Shown: one piece after another, positions 48,401-57,054 of the stretch
Position numbering within the stretch: the first letter of the stretch is position 1
Layout: each line of letters begins with the position of its first letter
NCBI GenBank assembly: GCA_017635465.1
Contig: JAGBLL010000059.1
Location: 16,012 to 80,011, forward strand
Length of the DNA: 64,000 nucleotides
Direction of reading: 5' to 3'
Source of the DNA: Bacilli bacterium
GTDB taxonomy: Bacteria; Bacillota_I; Bacilli_A; RFN20; CAG-826
Notes under the pieces: model-generated
Database searches by the model: none
Told to the model about the DNA's origin: nothing
What the model saw: the letters and a program-made list of their open reading frames with translations, nothing else
Program-made: the position numbers and the translations under genes

Positions 48401-48525
48401 GAAGTTTGACTTGTTGGAGTAACACTAGCTGGAGTGGATTCTTTTGGTTTGTTATCGCAGCCGACTAAAGCACCGACTGTCATTAAACCAGTAACAACTA
48501 AAATCGCAGGAAATTTCTTTTTCAT
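45418..48525 (-). CDS. oppA: Giant oligopeptide-binding lipoprotein (OppA-like, SBP family 5) with N-terminal Big_2-like domain
   Basis: 1035 aa. Lipobox ALVGC, then a Ser/Thr/Pro linker. NAPAVATVENGVVTAVSKGSVRITV is Ig-like. SBP5-like blocks are VTIDDYEFAYRLLL, VGPYMLEEWQKNKTIVFKKNDNW and IDASSDADAIYKQFNAGMLD. GGAGG is the SD. Confidence 0.8.
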   Translation of the reverse strand: MKKKFPAILVVTGLMTVGALVGCDNKPKESTPASVTPTSQTSSLVPGPSSDGGASVPPTSSQTSASSQPGGQSSATPTTSSTPSAQFSFSVALQSGAVSLNKGQTDVIEITEQNNNGTARVYSYISNAPAVATVENGVVTAVSKGSVRITVRESTSRLQRYLDLTITDAVLASGGYNYASLAGAEAVTKRTEILGQLEKYAMDNHLTGITLFENGGFVKYSERVTLPTTNYITGYGFGLLSEGTVDADLATEENPNYKRYLHSASSSDPKTINARNDTGSQVSDLEGYITASFWGTKMNATKDQYVWYPVLAKDKVTYNGVSQDFTRPIPVFNGNEVKPGENPNPLGLYKTWRIYVKTGADGGIKYRYNGTSWGKDFDNVPVTIDDYEFAYRLLLTGSHNLKRGTEMAADQTYGIKGALSFNTRSKELSDEDAKNLWNKMTSEGSLGVKTGHDNTNGDYIELTILNAIDRFTAMYTFSSNLLSPMSEDFIRTIGEGSLKDGAQRYGTFNNNTAVSAAHRDKIVDYTLSVGPYMLEEWQKNKTIVFKKNDNWNEPGRYKIAGVKLIVIDASSDADAIYKQFNAGMLDSCGIPTKHISEETGKPRVYKTRGDSTFKLNVNSCTQEMWDELFGPNGKINKNSNWDVKPWMSNDNFLNGLFYSIDRKTFAGNRGVNPSINYFADSYLNDPENGKSYNDSDAHKAAVHAYEVKDSEGNSLFGYSKDKAILCFSNAVKELVKEGKLVKGTKSKPTVITIHIKWMYQTDVKEYGEEIKGYFESAFNDDRVCNGTVKLEVEQDAVTDWQQVYNEYLMKGQFDLGFGAISGNTYNPLNFLEVLKSDNSSGFTLNWGSDTSKVNTKKPLVYDDKIWSFDALWAVADHGGVVDNGQNIKSVKKSYMTYTQNDFNDGATFYVTTDFFKDVNNTVKFDVTRISIYVFGSGNYDLEFVPDATYGYKIVMSKQVANEIRDEIIRVFKLMDEKKPETDWIRDPFKVDNYGKYWNIEVYYNLSIKDGATGDWGAPSENFVTSAKNKDAWIDN

Positions 48526-48528
48526 ATA

Positions 48529-51500
48529 CTATTTACCTCCTTCTTTTCTTTTTTTAAGGATTAGTAATGATGCGCCCATTAAAGCTGGGATAGCAATTGT
48601 AAGACTTAATGTCGCTAAAGCACCATTGCAACCTGATTTGGCGGCTGTCGCTTCTGGAATCACCACTGTTTGTGATGGATTTGTTGGAGCTGGTGTATTA
48701 GCAGGACCTGTAGCGGCGAACTTGGTGAGTCTGACATCACCTTTAATCTTTTCGCTCGCGCCTGTATTAGTATTAACAAAGGATACTTTATTATCAGCGG
48801 CTAATGTGAAGTCGTGATTGACGCTAAGGCCTGTGCCTTGGACCATGTCCGCACCTGCCATAAAGTCATCGAAGTCCTTGAAGTGAACGATACAACCTGT
48901 TCTGCCTCTAGCGAAGTCAGTCGCGCCGATGAATAATCTCTTATTGGCTAAACCTTCGGAGATTTCTTCGATACATTCATCAACGAATTCTTTGGATTCA
49001 TCAATGTAGTAGAGTTTCTTTTCATTATCGTATTGAAGATCAACACGGTTGTAACCGATAACACCATAGGAGAGTTTAACGTCGTCTAAGTAAATTCTGA
49101 CACGGTCTTCACCCACTAATTTGTATTGGGAAACACTCTTCACTACTGGAGCATCAGAGTCAATGTGGATGGTGTAAGAATTACTAACCCATGACTTGTC
49201 ATAAGCTAATTGATAATTGAATGTTAATTCGTATTCACCACTAGCGAATTTTTCGCCTGTTGTTTCATCGAATAATGGAACAATGGCGTAAGCTCTATGG
49301 GCAACGTAACCTGCTGATAAGTAACCAGCATCAACGTGTGATTTGTATAATGCCCATCTATCAGCGGTATCGCCGAAGAGCATATCTTCTAAAGCGGAGG
49401 TGTAAATTGCTTTACCTGTGGCTTTATCTTTAATTGTGAAATAGTTATCGTTAACAGATCTAAGCATGAATTGTTGGATGATCATTGTGTTGGTGTTTTC
49501 ACTACCAATGTAGATATCCTTGCTTGGTTCACTTGTGTATTCGTTATCAAGTGGATCTGTACCAACTTTGTAGAAGCCTGTTAAGCCATCGAACGCTAAG
49601 TCGTTTTCTAAAACTTTATCGATATTGATCTTTTGTGGAGCTTCAGCATAACCGGCAACGATCATGGATTCCATGTTAGCTTTATCTTTACCGACTAATG
49701 ATTTAGCAATGTCGTTAGCTAAATATGATGGATAAACTTTTGTTGGATCTTTTTCAAAGTTGAATGGTTCAGCAACTGGGACAGTTCTATAAGAAGCATC
49801 TGGGTTCTTATCTGTACCAGAATAGAAACCTAAATATGGGATGGATAAGTCAACACCATTGGCAGCTTTGTCTTTTAATGTGACGAAGCCTTCAATCATA
49901 CAACCATTTTCATAAACATCTAAGATTTCTTTCTTTTGTGTTTCTGTTAATGAGTATGGATTGATGGTAATTGTGCTTGTACCTGGGGCAACAGAGACTT
50001 GTTGACCAGTAATCTTGGCGATTTCAACATCTTTAACGGATTGAGCAGTATAGCTTGGAAGTGGTTCCCAGAAAACATCCGTTGTCGCGGAGTTGTAATA
50101 GTAACCTTTCTTAATAACTGTCTTTCTTGTTTCTTTGCCACCAGCGGCAACAGCAGCTTGGTCAGCTTCGTAGTCTTCTTGGCTAGCATAGTATTCGATG
50201 TCTTTGTCCGCTTTCACGGCGTCTTTATAAGCGACTTTACCAGTAGCGGTCATCATCTTTTCAAGATCTTTATCGTAATATCTCATACCACTGAACATTT
50301 CGATACTGTCAACAGTACCTTTGAAGTTATATTCTTTGGTAACGATATCATTTGGTTTAGCAATAGCTGGTCTCATGACTGTTAAGGTAACGTCATAATT
50401 CTTTGTTTCTTCGCTTTCATTGTGAGCTAAGAATGATAATTTGATATCACCTCTAGCGATGTCAGCGTTGTTTCTTAAAGCAATTTTGGCTTTACCGATT
50501 GGATTACCAGCAAGGTCTTTACCTTCTAAATAAACCTTTGTATTTAAAGCGCCGTTGAGGTCAACCATACCTGCGCCTTGAATTCTTGGTGAGGTGACGG
50601 AGAATGTTTCAACTTTGTCTTCTGGATTAGCTGTATAGTCTTTCATTGGATCAGCAGTTGACATCATTCTCATGTTAACTGTTTCTCTATAAGTATTGAT
50701 TTGGGCTAATTCTTCGTTTGTTAACTTTCTACCAGCAGCTTTAGCGGCTTGATAAATAGGAGCAGTAACTTCAGAAAGAACAACGGCTTGTGCACCAGCG
50801 TTATTTGGAGCGGACATAGATGTACCACTTAAGTATTGGTAGCATTTATATTTCATCGCTTCACGTTCTTCTTTTGTTAAGTTTGTCATGGCGTGTTCTG
50901 GAACAGCACCTCTAATGTTATCACCAGGAGCGGTGATTTCTGGTTTGAGATCTAAGTCAAATGTGGCACCATCAGTGGAGAATTCACTAACTGTGTATTT
51001 GGCTGGGTTATCACTAACTTGTTTGTTGATGATACCGAAAGAACCAGATTCAGCACTTTCAAAGAACGCTTTATCTTTAAATAAGACAAGGGCACATGGC
51101 ATTGTTGGGTTGAAACCATCACCGAAGCTACAACGGAAGTTGAAGCTGGAGGCTGTTGGGTCGTTATTGATAATGACAAGGGCGATAGCACCTTTATCAG
51201 CGGCAACAGCGTATTTATCAGCGAACGCTGTACTACCACGGTTAACGACGGCGATTTTGCCTTCAACGTTTAAGTTCTTATAATCAGCGGATGTACCAAA
51301 ACCTGGAACATAAACCCAATCAACTGTGCCGGTTGGATTACCTTCACCGTCTTGTGGGAAAACTTCTTTAATACGGAATTCTTTATCGTAGTCATCATCT
51401 AAACCTGGTCTATTGACGATTTGGTCTTCGAAGGCGATGTTCTTATTGCCGGCTACGAAAGCGTTTTCGTAGAAGATTTTGGTTGGGTGACCAGAAGCAA

Positions 51501-52731
51501 TGGTCATGACAGCAGCGTTATTAGCGTAGCTGGACATGATACCTGTTTCGACTGATTCTGGCATCCAGTTAGCATATGCACCTGTTGATGAATATGAGGA
51601 TTTACCAGAGTTACCAGCGGAAATAGAAGTTAAGATGGCTGGGATGCCATTTTCTGGATCGCCTTTGGCTAATCTTGTTAATGTTTTTAAAGTGATGGAT
51701 TCACTATCGAAGTCATCTAAGTCACTACCTAATGACATGTTGATGCCATCAACTTTCAATTTAATGCAGTCTTCTAAGGCATCTAAGATGGATGTGTCAT
51801 AAGCACCTGTTCTGTTGCTTAAGCCAATCTTTTCACCAATACCTTTAGCATCATAGTCTGTGAAGACCTTCATTAACGCTAATTGGGCTTTTGGAGCGAT
51901 ACCTTTGTAAGTTGGAGCATTAGCAGCGGTAATTGAGGAAACGTGTGAACCATGGTATGAAAGATCACTATGGACATCGTGTTGTAATGGACCACGTTTA
52001 CCGTAAACTTTACTATAACCGCCGTAGTCGTAATAGAATGGAACTTTATTGTTAAGATATAAAGAACCTTCTTGACCAGCCTTTTTAATTTTGTTTCTAG
52101 AAGCGACTAAGCCAACTGTACCTTTGATGTCGTCAAATGTGTATCTGACAGCCACATCGCTGGCCAATGGATCAAAGACTTCGTGGTGCCATTCAGGAAT
52201 GGTGACACCATTGACTTTGGTTTCGGCTCTAAAATGGAATTCGTTATCGAGAATAGCAACAATTGTACCTTCACCTTCGTTATTGTCTTCAGGCAAATGC
52301 ATTGTTTCAGCAGAGATATTCTTGCTTTCATCGACTGCGTCATTAGCATTACCTCCATCGAGTGTAATGTAGGAGTCATTGTTGATTTCTCTTTCCCAGT
52401 GGAGTCTATCAACAGTCACGCTCTTGACGCCAGGAACTGATTTAATGCTCTCAATGTCATTAGAATTTACTTCAAGAACAAATGCGTTATTCAAGACTGT
52501 GTAATTTCCAATCATTCTAATGTTGGATGTTGCGGCTTGTTTAATATTTTCATAAACAGCAGCTTGAGCCTTTTTGGTTTCGTTTGCGTCTAATTTATTG
52601 AGTTTCTTGTTAACTTCAACAATGACGCGAGCATCACGTTCTGGTAAATCTTTGAGCTGAGAAGCAATTGCACCACATCCGGCTAAAACCATAGCACCAG
52701 TGGCACAGAGTAGTAGTCCCAGTTTTTTCAT
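48529..52731 (-). CDS. Cell-envelope subtilisin-like serine protease (S8, lactocepin/C5a-peptidase-like) with lipobox and C-terminal TM anchor
   Basis: 1400 aa. Lipobox VLAGC and an I9-like propeptide. Catalytic blocks are VAILDNEF (Asp), HGSHVSSI (His) and LSGTSMSAPNNAG (Ser). A PA-domain insertion is present (GKIAVVNRGSTAFADK..ALVIINND). A long beta-rich stalk follows. C-terminus is SGCNGALATLSLTIAIPALMGASLLILKKRKEGGK. GGAGG is the SD. Confidence 0.9.
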   Translation of the reverse strand: MKKLGLLLCATGAMVLAGCGAIASQLKDLPERDARVIVEVNKKLNKLDANETKKAQAAVYENIKQAATSNIRMIGNYTVLNNAFVLEVNSNDIESIKSVPGVKSVTVDRLHWEREINNDSYITLDGGNANDAVDESKNISAETMHLPEDNNEGEGTIVAILDNEFHFRAETKVNGVTIPEWHHEVFDPLASDVAVRYTFDDIKGTVGLVASRNKIKKAGQEGSLYLNNKVPFYYDYGGYSKVYGKRGPLQHDVHSDLSYHGSHVSSITAANAPTYKGIAPKAQLALMKVFTDYDAKGIGEKIGLSNRTGAYDTSILDALEDCIKLKVDGINMSLGSDLDDFDSESITLKTLTRLAKGDPENGIPAILTSISAGNSGKSSYSSTGAYANWMPESVETGIMSSYANNAAVMTIASGHPTKIFYENAFVAGNKNIAFEDQIVNRPGLDDDYDKEFRIKEVFPQDGEGNPTGTVDWVYVPGFGTSADYKNLNVEGKIAVVNRGSTAFADKYAVAADKGAIALVIINNDPTASSFNFRCSFGDGFNPTMPCALVLFKDKAFFESAESGSFGIINKQVSDNPAKYTVSEFSTDGATFDLDLKPEITAPGDNIRGAVPEHAMTNLTKEEREAMKYKCYQYLSGTSMSAPNNAGAQAVVLSEVTAPIYQAAKAAGRKLTNEELAQINTYRETVNMRMMSTADPMKDYTANPEDKVETFSVTSPRIQGAGMVDLNGALNTKVYLEGKDLAGNPIGKAKIALRNNADIARGDIKLSFLAHNESEETKNYDVTLTVMRPAIAKPNDIVTKEYNFKGTVDSIEMFSGMRYYDKDLEKMMTATGKVAYKDAVKADKDIEYYASQEDYEADQAAVAAGGKETRKTVIKKGYYYNSATTDVFWEPLPSYTAQSVKDVEIAKITGQQVSVAPGTSTITINPYSLTETQKKEILDVYENGCMIEGFVTLKDKAANGVDLSIPYLGFYSGTDKNPDASYRTVPVAEPFNFEKDPTKVYPSYLANDIAKSLVGKDKANMESMIVAGYAEAPQKINIDKVLENDLAFDGLTGFYKVGTDPLDNEYTSEPSKDIYIGSENTNTMIIQQFMLRSVNDNYFTIKDKATGKAIYTSALEDMLFGDTADRWALYKSHVDAGYLSAGYVAHRAYAIVPLFDETTGEKFASGEYELTFNYQLAYDKSWVSNSYTIHIDSDAPVVKSVSQYKLVGEDRVRIYLDDVKLSYGVIGYNRVDLQYDNEKKLYYIDESKEFVDECIEEISEGLANKRLFIGATDFARGRTGCIVHFKDFDDFMAGADMVQGTGLSVNHDFTLAADNKVSFVNTNTGASEKIKGDVRLTKFAATGPANTPAPTNPSQTVVIPEATAAKSGCNGALATLSLTIAIPALMGASLLILKKRKEGGK

Positions 52732-52778
52732 ATTTTACCTCCTTGTTGTGTGCGTACACAAAAAATGTTATGCCTACA

Positions 52779-52806
52779 ATTATACACGCATGAAAAAGTG
52801 TGTAAA
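52779..52806 (-). promoter_or_regulatory. Promoter of the S8 protease-oppA-lipoprotein operon
   Basis: Minus strand reads TTTACA (52801-52806) - 16 nt - TATAAT (52779-52784). The roughly 40-nt leader contains the inverted repeat TTGTGT-GCGT-ACACAA (52746-52761). Confidence 0.55.
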
Positions 52807-52840
52807 TAGTTTTTTGCGTTACACTTCCAAGAAGGGTTTC

Positions 52841-53272
52841 TTATGAAAAAGACGAATATAGTTTGACGTTATAAATAATTTCAAGAACGATTAAAACGAT
52901 TGTAAGTAATATTCCCGCTAATAAAATGGCAATGAAATTAAATGAGGAATTATCTCTCTTTTTTATCTTATCAGCACGGTAATCCGCAAAGCTTCCATCT
53001 CTTCTAGCATCTTTAGCAAAGAGCATGCTGCCCACTTGCTTAAAACCAAAAGAAATAGTATCAAAAGCCCCTAAATGTGCCATCCAGGACAATAAACCAA
53101 GCAAAAGGATGATGATTGTCGCAAAGCCAACGGAGCTCACTGCGTCACCAAAAGTTCTATCTCTTAAGAAGAACATCAAACAGAAAATAAGTGCTGCAAT
53201 CATCAAAGAAATAATGAATGTAACAAGATTCATAATCCAATGCTTTTTAAACTGTTCAAATGCTCTTTTCAT
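52841..53272 (-). CDS. Small membrane protein (DUF3899-like)
   Basis: 143 aa. Four hydrophobic helices with a central GAFDTISFGFKQ..F loop reminiscent of DUF3899. Confidence 0.55.
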   Translation of the reverse strand: MKRAFEQFKKHWIMNLVTFIISLMIAALIFCLMFFLRDRTFGDAVSSVGFATIIILLLGLLSWMAHLGAFDTISFGFKQVGSMLFAKDARRDGSFADYRADKIKKRDNSSFNFIAILLAGILLTIVLIVLEIIYNVKLYSSFS

Positions 53273-53332
53273 AATTCGTTTTCTAACTTCTCAATAAAGT
53301 TACCAAATCTCAGATTAGTAAACAAATATTTT

Positions 53333-53845
53333 TTATTTTTCGATAGCGTAATAGTAGCAGCGATGACTAGCATTTCGATACTCCACCACATCAGTTCTAT
53401 CAATCTTTTTCATGCCGCTTTTTTGCATCACTCTAGCACTTGCAGGATTATCTTCAAAGTAACCAGCGATAACGCGTTTAAAACCTAAGCGAAATAGTTC
53501 TTGTATTGCCGCTTTTAAAGCTTCAGTAGCGTAACCTTTATTCCACTCGTTTGAATCAATAAAATATCCAACTTCTATCTCATCATTTTTCATTTCGACA
53601 TCATTTAAAAAACCTATGATTTTATCAGTATAAATTCCATAGACAAAATGATTCTTATCAAGCGAATAATTCATGAGTTTTTTAAAGAATTTTTCTTCCT
53701 CGTTTTCATCGTTAAAATCAGGAAGCATATATGACTTTTTAACAAGCGGATCTTTAACGATTTTTAGCATGTTATTTTTGTCTTTTTCTTCGATTGATTT
53801 TAGTGTTAAATGTGAGGTCAAAAGTATATCATTTTTATTTAGCAT
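53333..53845 (-). CDS. GNAT-family N-acetyltransferase (RimJ/RimL-like)
   Basis: ORF track 53333..53860 starts at a GTG. ATG 53845 (MLNKNDILLTSHLTLKSIEEKD) is preferred because TATAAT (53852-53857) lies 6 nt upstream. Acetyl-CoA block EWNKGYATEALKAAI. Confidence 0.75.
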   Translation of the reverse strand: MLNKNDILLTSHLTLKSIEEKDKNNMLKIVKDPLVKKSYMLPDFNDENEEEKFFKKLMNYSLDKNHFVYGIYTDKIIGFLNDVEMKNDEIEVGYFIDSNEWNKGYATEALKAAIQELFRLGFKRVIAGYFEDNPASARVMQKSGMKKIDRTDVVEYRNASHRCYYYAIEK

Positions 53846-53874
53846 ATTTTCATTATACACTCGCGTGTTTTTAT

Positions 53875-53904
53875 AAAAAAGTTAGAGCGCCCGTATGAGC
53901 GCTC
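53875..53904 (-). terminator. Terminator after the M13 peptidase gene
   Basis: Minus-strand RNA has GAGCGC-UCAUACGG-GCGCUC followed by UAACUUUUUU. Confidence 0.6.
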
Positions 53905-53919
53905 ATATCTTATAAATCA

Positions 53920-56811
53920 TTACCAAATTTTAATTCTTTGTTCTTCTGGAACATACATCGCATCACCTGGTTCAATGCCATATGTTTCCACGAATTCATC
54001 GAATTGAGAAAGAGTAACATTAACTCTTAAATAATTGAATGGGTGAGGATCTTGTGCTCTATTTTCAACCTCACCAAGATTAATTGGATGGCTTGCCCAG
54101 ACATAGGCAAATGTTCTAAAGAATTTATCATAGTCAAAGTTTTCAACTTTCTTCGCCAATTGAAGAGCAATTTTCATACCACCCATATCAGCGGTCGCTT
54201 CACCATCAACAGTGTCGCCGTTGACGTTATAATTGTGCTTTAGTTCGATTTTATTATAGAAAGATATTAATTTGTTAACTTTAGTGTTGAAAGCAGACTT
54301 ATCTTCCGCAGTCCACCACTCATTTTGGTTACCATTTTCATCGAATTGAGAACCGCTCGAGTCAAAGGCGTGGGTAATTTCGTGGCCAATAACCATCGCT
54401 AGCATACCATATTTTTCTTCAACACTACTACCAAGGAAGCCTGATACTAAACCATTCAGAATGACAAATGAATTATCGGTAGGAGAATAGAAAGCGTTAA
54501 CCACGTAGCAGCGCATTGAATCAAACATTGCTAATTCCTCACTGCTCGCAAGAAGCATAGTGTCGACGTCTTTATTTAAATATGCTTTATAGATATCAAA
54601 CAAATTTTGAGGAGTAAGGCCTTCGCCTATCACCTTGCCAAATTTTGTATAGTAATCTGCAAAGCATGAGACGTATGACATCTTTTCTAGTTTTCTTTTC
54701 ATCTTGTACTTTGTCATAGCACTAAGCCAAGAATTATCCGCTAATGTTTTGTATGCATCTAAAACATCTTCGATTAATGCAGCAACTTCTGCCTTAATTT
54801 CTTCAGAACTGATAGTTTCAACATATGCTTGTTCAAATATGGTTGAGAAACATGTTTTAAGCATACCTTTTGCGATAGTGTCATCGTCATACCAATATAG
54901 GTTCGCTTCTTGGCTATAATAATCTGCCATCTGTGAAATGTATTGGTTAATGGTTTTATACTTATCAATACCCACTAAGAAACGCATATCATAAGCCAAG
55001 CGAGTGATAACCATATCTTTAAGATATTGATCTGAATTATTGAACATCATATTCAAACCATTAAGGTATATCTTATTGAATGAAATTCTTGTAGTAGGAG
55101 CCATGCCTAAATCAGTCAATGCAGATTTAACTTCAGCCCACGGCAATTGACTTAGTTTATATGTTGTTGTGCCAGAAACTCCACTATAGGCATCTGAATA
55201 AATCTTATAAAATATTTGATATTCCCGATCCTTAATTGAAGAAATATCGCTATTGCTATAACCGAGATTAAAGTAACTTGATAATTTAGTGAGAATGTTT
55301 GCAGCGCTAGAAGTTGTATTACCAAACAGCCATGCAAATTGAAGCGTGGAATAGGCTCCATTAAAGTATCCATCGTTAAGAGTAAGTTTATAACCATCAT
55401 CTGTTGGAGAAAGTTTTAATAATGAACTCTTAGAAGCAAAAATAGCTTTGGAATTAAGATATGTTTCTGCATCAAAATTTTGGAAATATGATGTCACAGC
55501 ATCAATAGCACCGTTTTTGAAATAGCCTAGAGCATCTCTTAATGCATCACCATTAGTGGTTTCATTAACAACATCACCACTATAAATGGCATCAAATACA
55601 GAATCTGCGATATCGCTGCATTCATCGAAAGCGCCACCACCGTTATCTCTAATTCTTTCGTAGTTAATTGATGTATAGAAGTCATCCTTCAATGACGGCT
55701 TTTTGATTTTATTAATTTCACCAACAATATTTGCGTTAATCCAAGGAGCGCCATTGATGTCACTTAATGTATATCCTGTTCTAGTTTCATATTGGACAGG
55801 GGTGAAAACAAATGTACCTGTCGCATTATATTCGGCGGTATATGTGACATTTTCGGTCACTTTTTTAATTTCTGGTGACCAACCCTTGAAAGTAAATTCG
55901 GCATTAGGTTTATTATTTCTTACTGGTTCTTGTCCATCATATGTTGGAACTGTGCCATATAGAACTTCTTTATCAACTTCTAAAACAGAACCATCATAAT
56001 TAACCCAAGTGACAATATATTTTCTAACTTCACTATTATATGAAGCTGTATATTCAGCATCACCGGTCACAGATGTAACACTTGGTGACCATTTATCAAA
56101 GACATATGAAAATTCAGCGGTGCTTTCTTTAACTGGGACTTCATCTCCATAGCTTGGAACAGTGCCATATGGGACTTCATCTTCTTTTAAAACAGTACCG
56201 TCATCATCTTTCCATGTGACTTTATATTTTCTTAACTCTTGTTTAAAAGAAGCTACATATGTTGTATTTCCAGTAATTGGACCTTCGTTAGGAGACCATT
56301 TATCAAATGTATAATCGTATTCAGCAGTACTAGCTTTAGTTGGTGTTTCTCCATCGTATGTAGGAGTGGTTCCATAGAAGACATCTTCGCTCTTTAACAC
56401 ACTACCGTCTTCGTTCTTCCAGGTAACTGTGTACTTATTTGTTTCGGTTTTAAATGTGGCGACATATTCAGCATTACCGGAAACTGGCTTCACTTCTGGA
56501 GTCCAACCAGTCCAAATATATGTGAACTGTGCATCACTTGCGCGGCTTGGGGTTAAACCATCGTATGTTGGAGTCGTATCTTTTTGAACATTTTCGTCAA
56601 TTTCTAAAACCTTGCCATCATAGTTTTTCCATGTGATGGTATAGGTTACTGGTTTTGGTGCTTCAGAACTACTGCTAAAAACACTACTTGGAGCAGCGCT
56701 TGATTGATCACTAGATTGACTTAATGATTCACTGCTTGTTTTAACATTGCAGCTGGTTAATAGGATAGATAATGTTCCGATAACCGCTAGTAAATTAATA
56801 GACTTTTTCAT
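53920..56811 (-). CDS. Lipoprotein M13-family zinc metallopeptidase (PepO/neprilysin-like) with four N-terminal InlB-type B repeats
   Basis: 963 aa. Lipobox LLTSC and a Ser-rich linker. Four ~67-aa repeats (YTITWKNYDGKVLE..TPTYDG..FTYIWTGWTPEV..). C-terminal HEITHAFD (HExxH), GEATADMGG (ENIAD-type block), NAFYSP and final W. Confidence 0.9.
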   Translation of the reverse strand: MKKSINLLAVIGTLSILLTSCNVKTSSESLSQSSDQSSAAPSSVFSSSSEAPKPVTYTITWKNYDGKVLEIDENVQKDTTPTYDGLTPSRASDAQFTYIWTGWTPEVKPVSGNAEYVATFKTETNKYTVTWKNEDGSVLKSEDVFYGTTPTYDGETPTKASTAEYDYTFDKWSPNEGPITGNTTYVASFKQELRKYKVTWKDDDGTVLKEDEVPYGTVPSYGDEVPVKESTAEFSYVFDKWSPSVTSVTGDAEYTASYNSEVRKYIVTWVNYDGSVLEVDKEVLYGTVPTYDGQEPVRNNKPNAEFTFKGWSPEIKKVTENVTYTAEYNATGTFVFTPVQYETRTGYTLSDINGAPWINANIVGEINKIKKPSLKDDFYTSINYERIRDNGGGAFDECSDIADSVFDAIYSGDVVNETTNGDALRDALGYFKNGAIDAVTSYFQNFDAETYLNSKAIFASKSSLLKLSPTDDGYKLTLNDGYFNGAYSTLQFAWLFGNTTSSAANILTKLSSYFNLGYSNSDISSIKDREYQIFYKIYSDAYSGVSGTTTYKLSQLPWAEVKSALTDLGMAPTTRISFNKIYLNGLNMMFNNSDQYLKDMVITRLAYDMRFLVGIDKYKTINQYISQMADYYSQEANLYWYDDDTIAKGMLKTCFSTIFEQAYVETISSEEIKAEVAALIEDVLDAYKTLADNSWLSAMTKYKMKRKLEKMSYVSCFADYYTKFGKVIGEGLTPQNLFDIYKAYLNKDVDTMLLASSEELAMFDSMRCYVVNAFYSPTDNSFVILNGLVSGFLGSSVEEKYGMLAMVIGHEITHAFDSSGSQFDENGNQNEWWTAEDKSAFNTKVNKLISFYNKIELKHNYNVNGDTVDGEATADMGGMKIALQLAKKVENFDYDKFFRTFAYVWASHPINLGEVENRAQDPHPFNYLRVNVTLSQFDEFVETYGIEPGDAMYVPEEQRIKIW
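55825..56646 (-). repeat. Four tandem ~200-nt coding repeats (Listeria-Bacteroides / InlB B-repeat-like)
   Basis: Protein residues 56-329. Each unit starts Y(T/K/I)(I/V)TW(K/V)N.DG.VL and ends Y.A.(F/Y). Confidence 0.7.
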
Positions 56812-56845
56812 ACTCGGCCCTAGCCTTTATTTCATTTGTTAATAA

Positions 56846-56873
56846 ATAATACACGAGTGTGAGAGCATTGCAA
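56846..56873 (-). promoter_or_regulatory. Candidate promoter of the M13 peptidase gene
   Basis: Minus strand reads TTGCAA (56868-56873) - 16 nt - TATTAT (56846-56851). The spacer contains the ACAC-GA-GTGT inverted repeat. Confidence 0.4.
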
Positions 56874-57020
56874 GAAATAAACGCATTAATATTTTCAAAA
56901 AAGTACAACAAAAAGAATTTGTATTTATCTTTCATTAAAGTTGATTGTTATCTACCACTGTTTCTACATAAATTGTATGGTAAATCAAAATAAATTTTTT
57001 TACATTTTTTAAAATAATAG

Positions 57021-57049
57021 TTGAATATTTGATTTAACATCAATATAAT
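57021..57049 (+). promoter_or_regulatory. Near-consensus sigma-70 promoter in the 577-bp spacer
   Basis: TTGAAT (57021-57026) - exactly 17 nt - TATAAT (57044-57049). Lies 340 nt upstream of the next start codon. Confidence 0.6.
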
Positions 57050-57054
57050 CATTC

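Noticed and set aside
48529-48720. C-terminus of the S8 protease as a classical LPXTG sortase signal
   Set aside because: No LPXTG or LPXTA-like pentapeptide precedes the hydrophobic helix (the sequence is ..VVIPEATAAKSGCNGA..). It is reported instead as an atypical tail.
48434-48817. 127-aa ORF antisense to the protease/oppA junction
   Set aside because: It overlaps two well-supported genes, has no SD, and its hydrophobic composition simply mirrors the signal-peptide and TM-coding regions.
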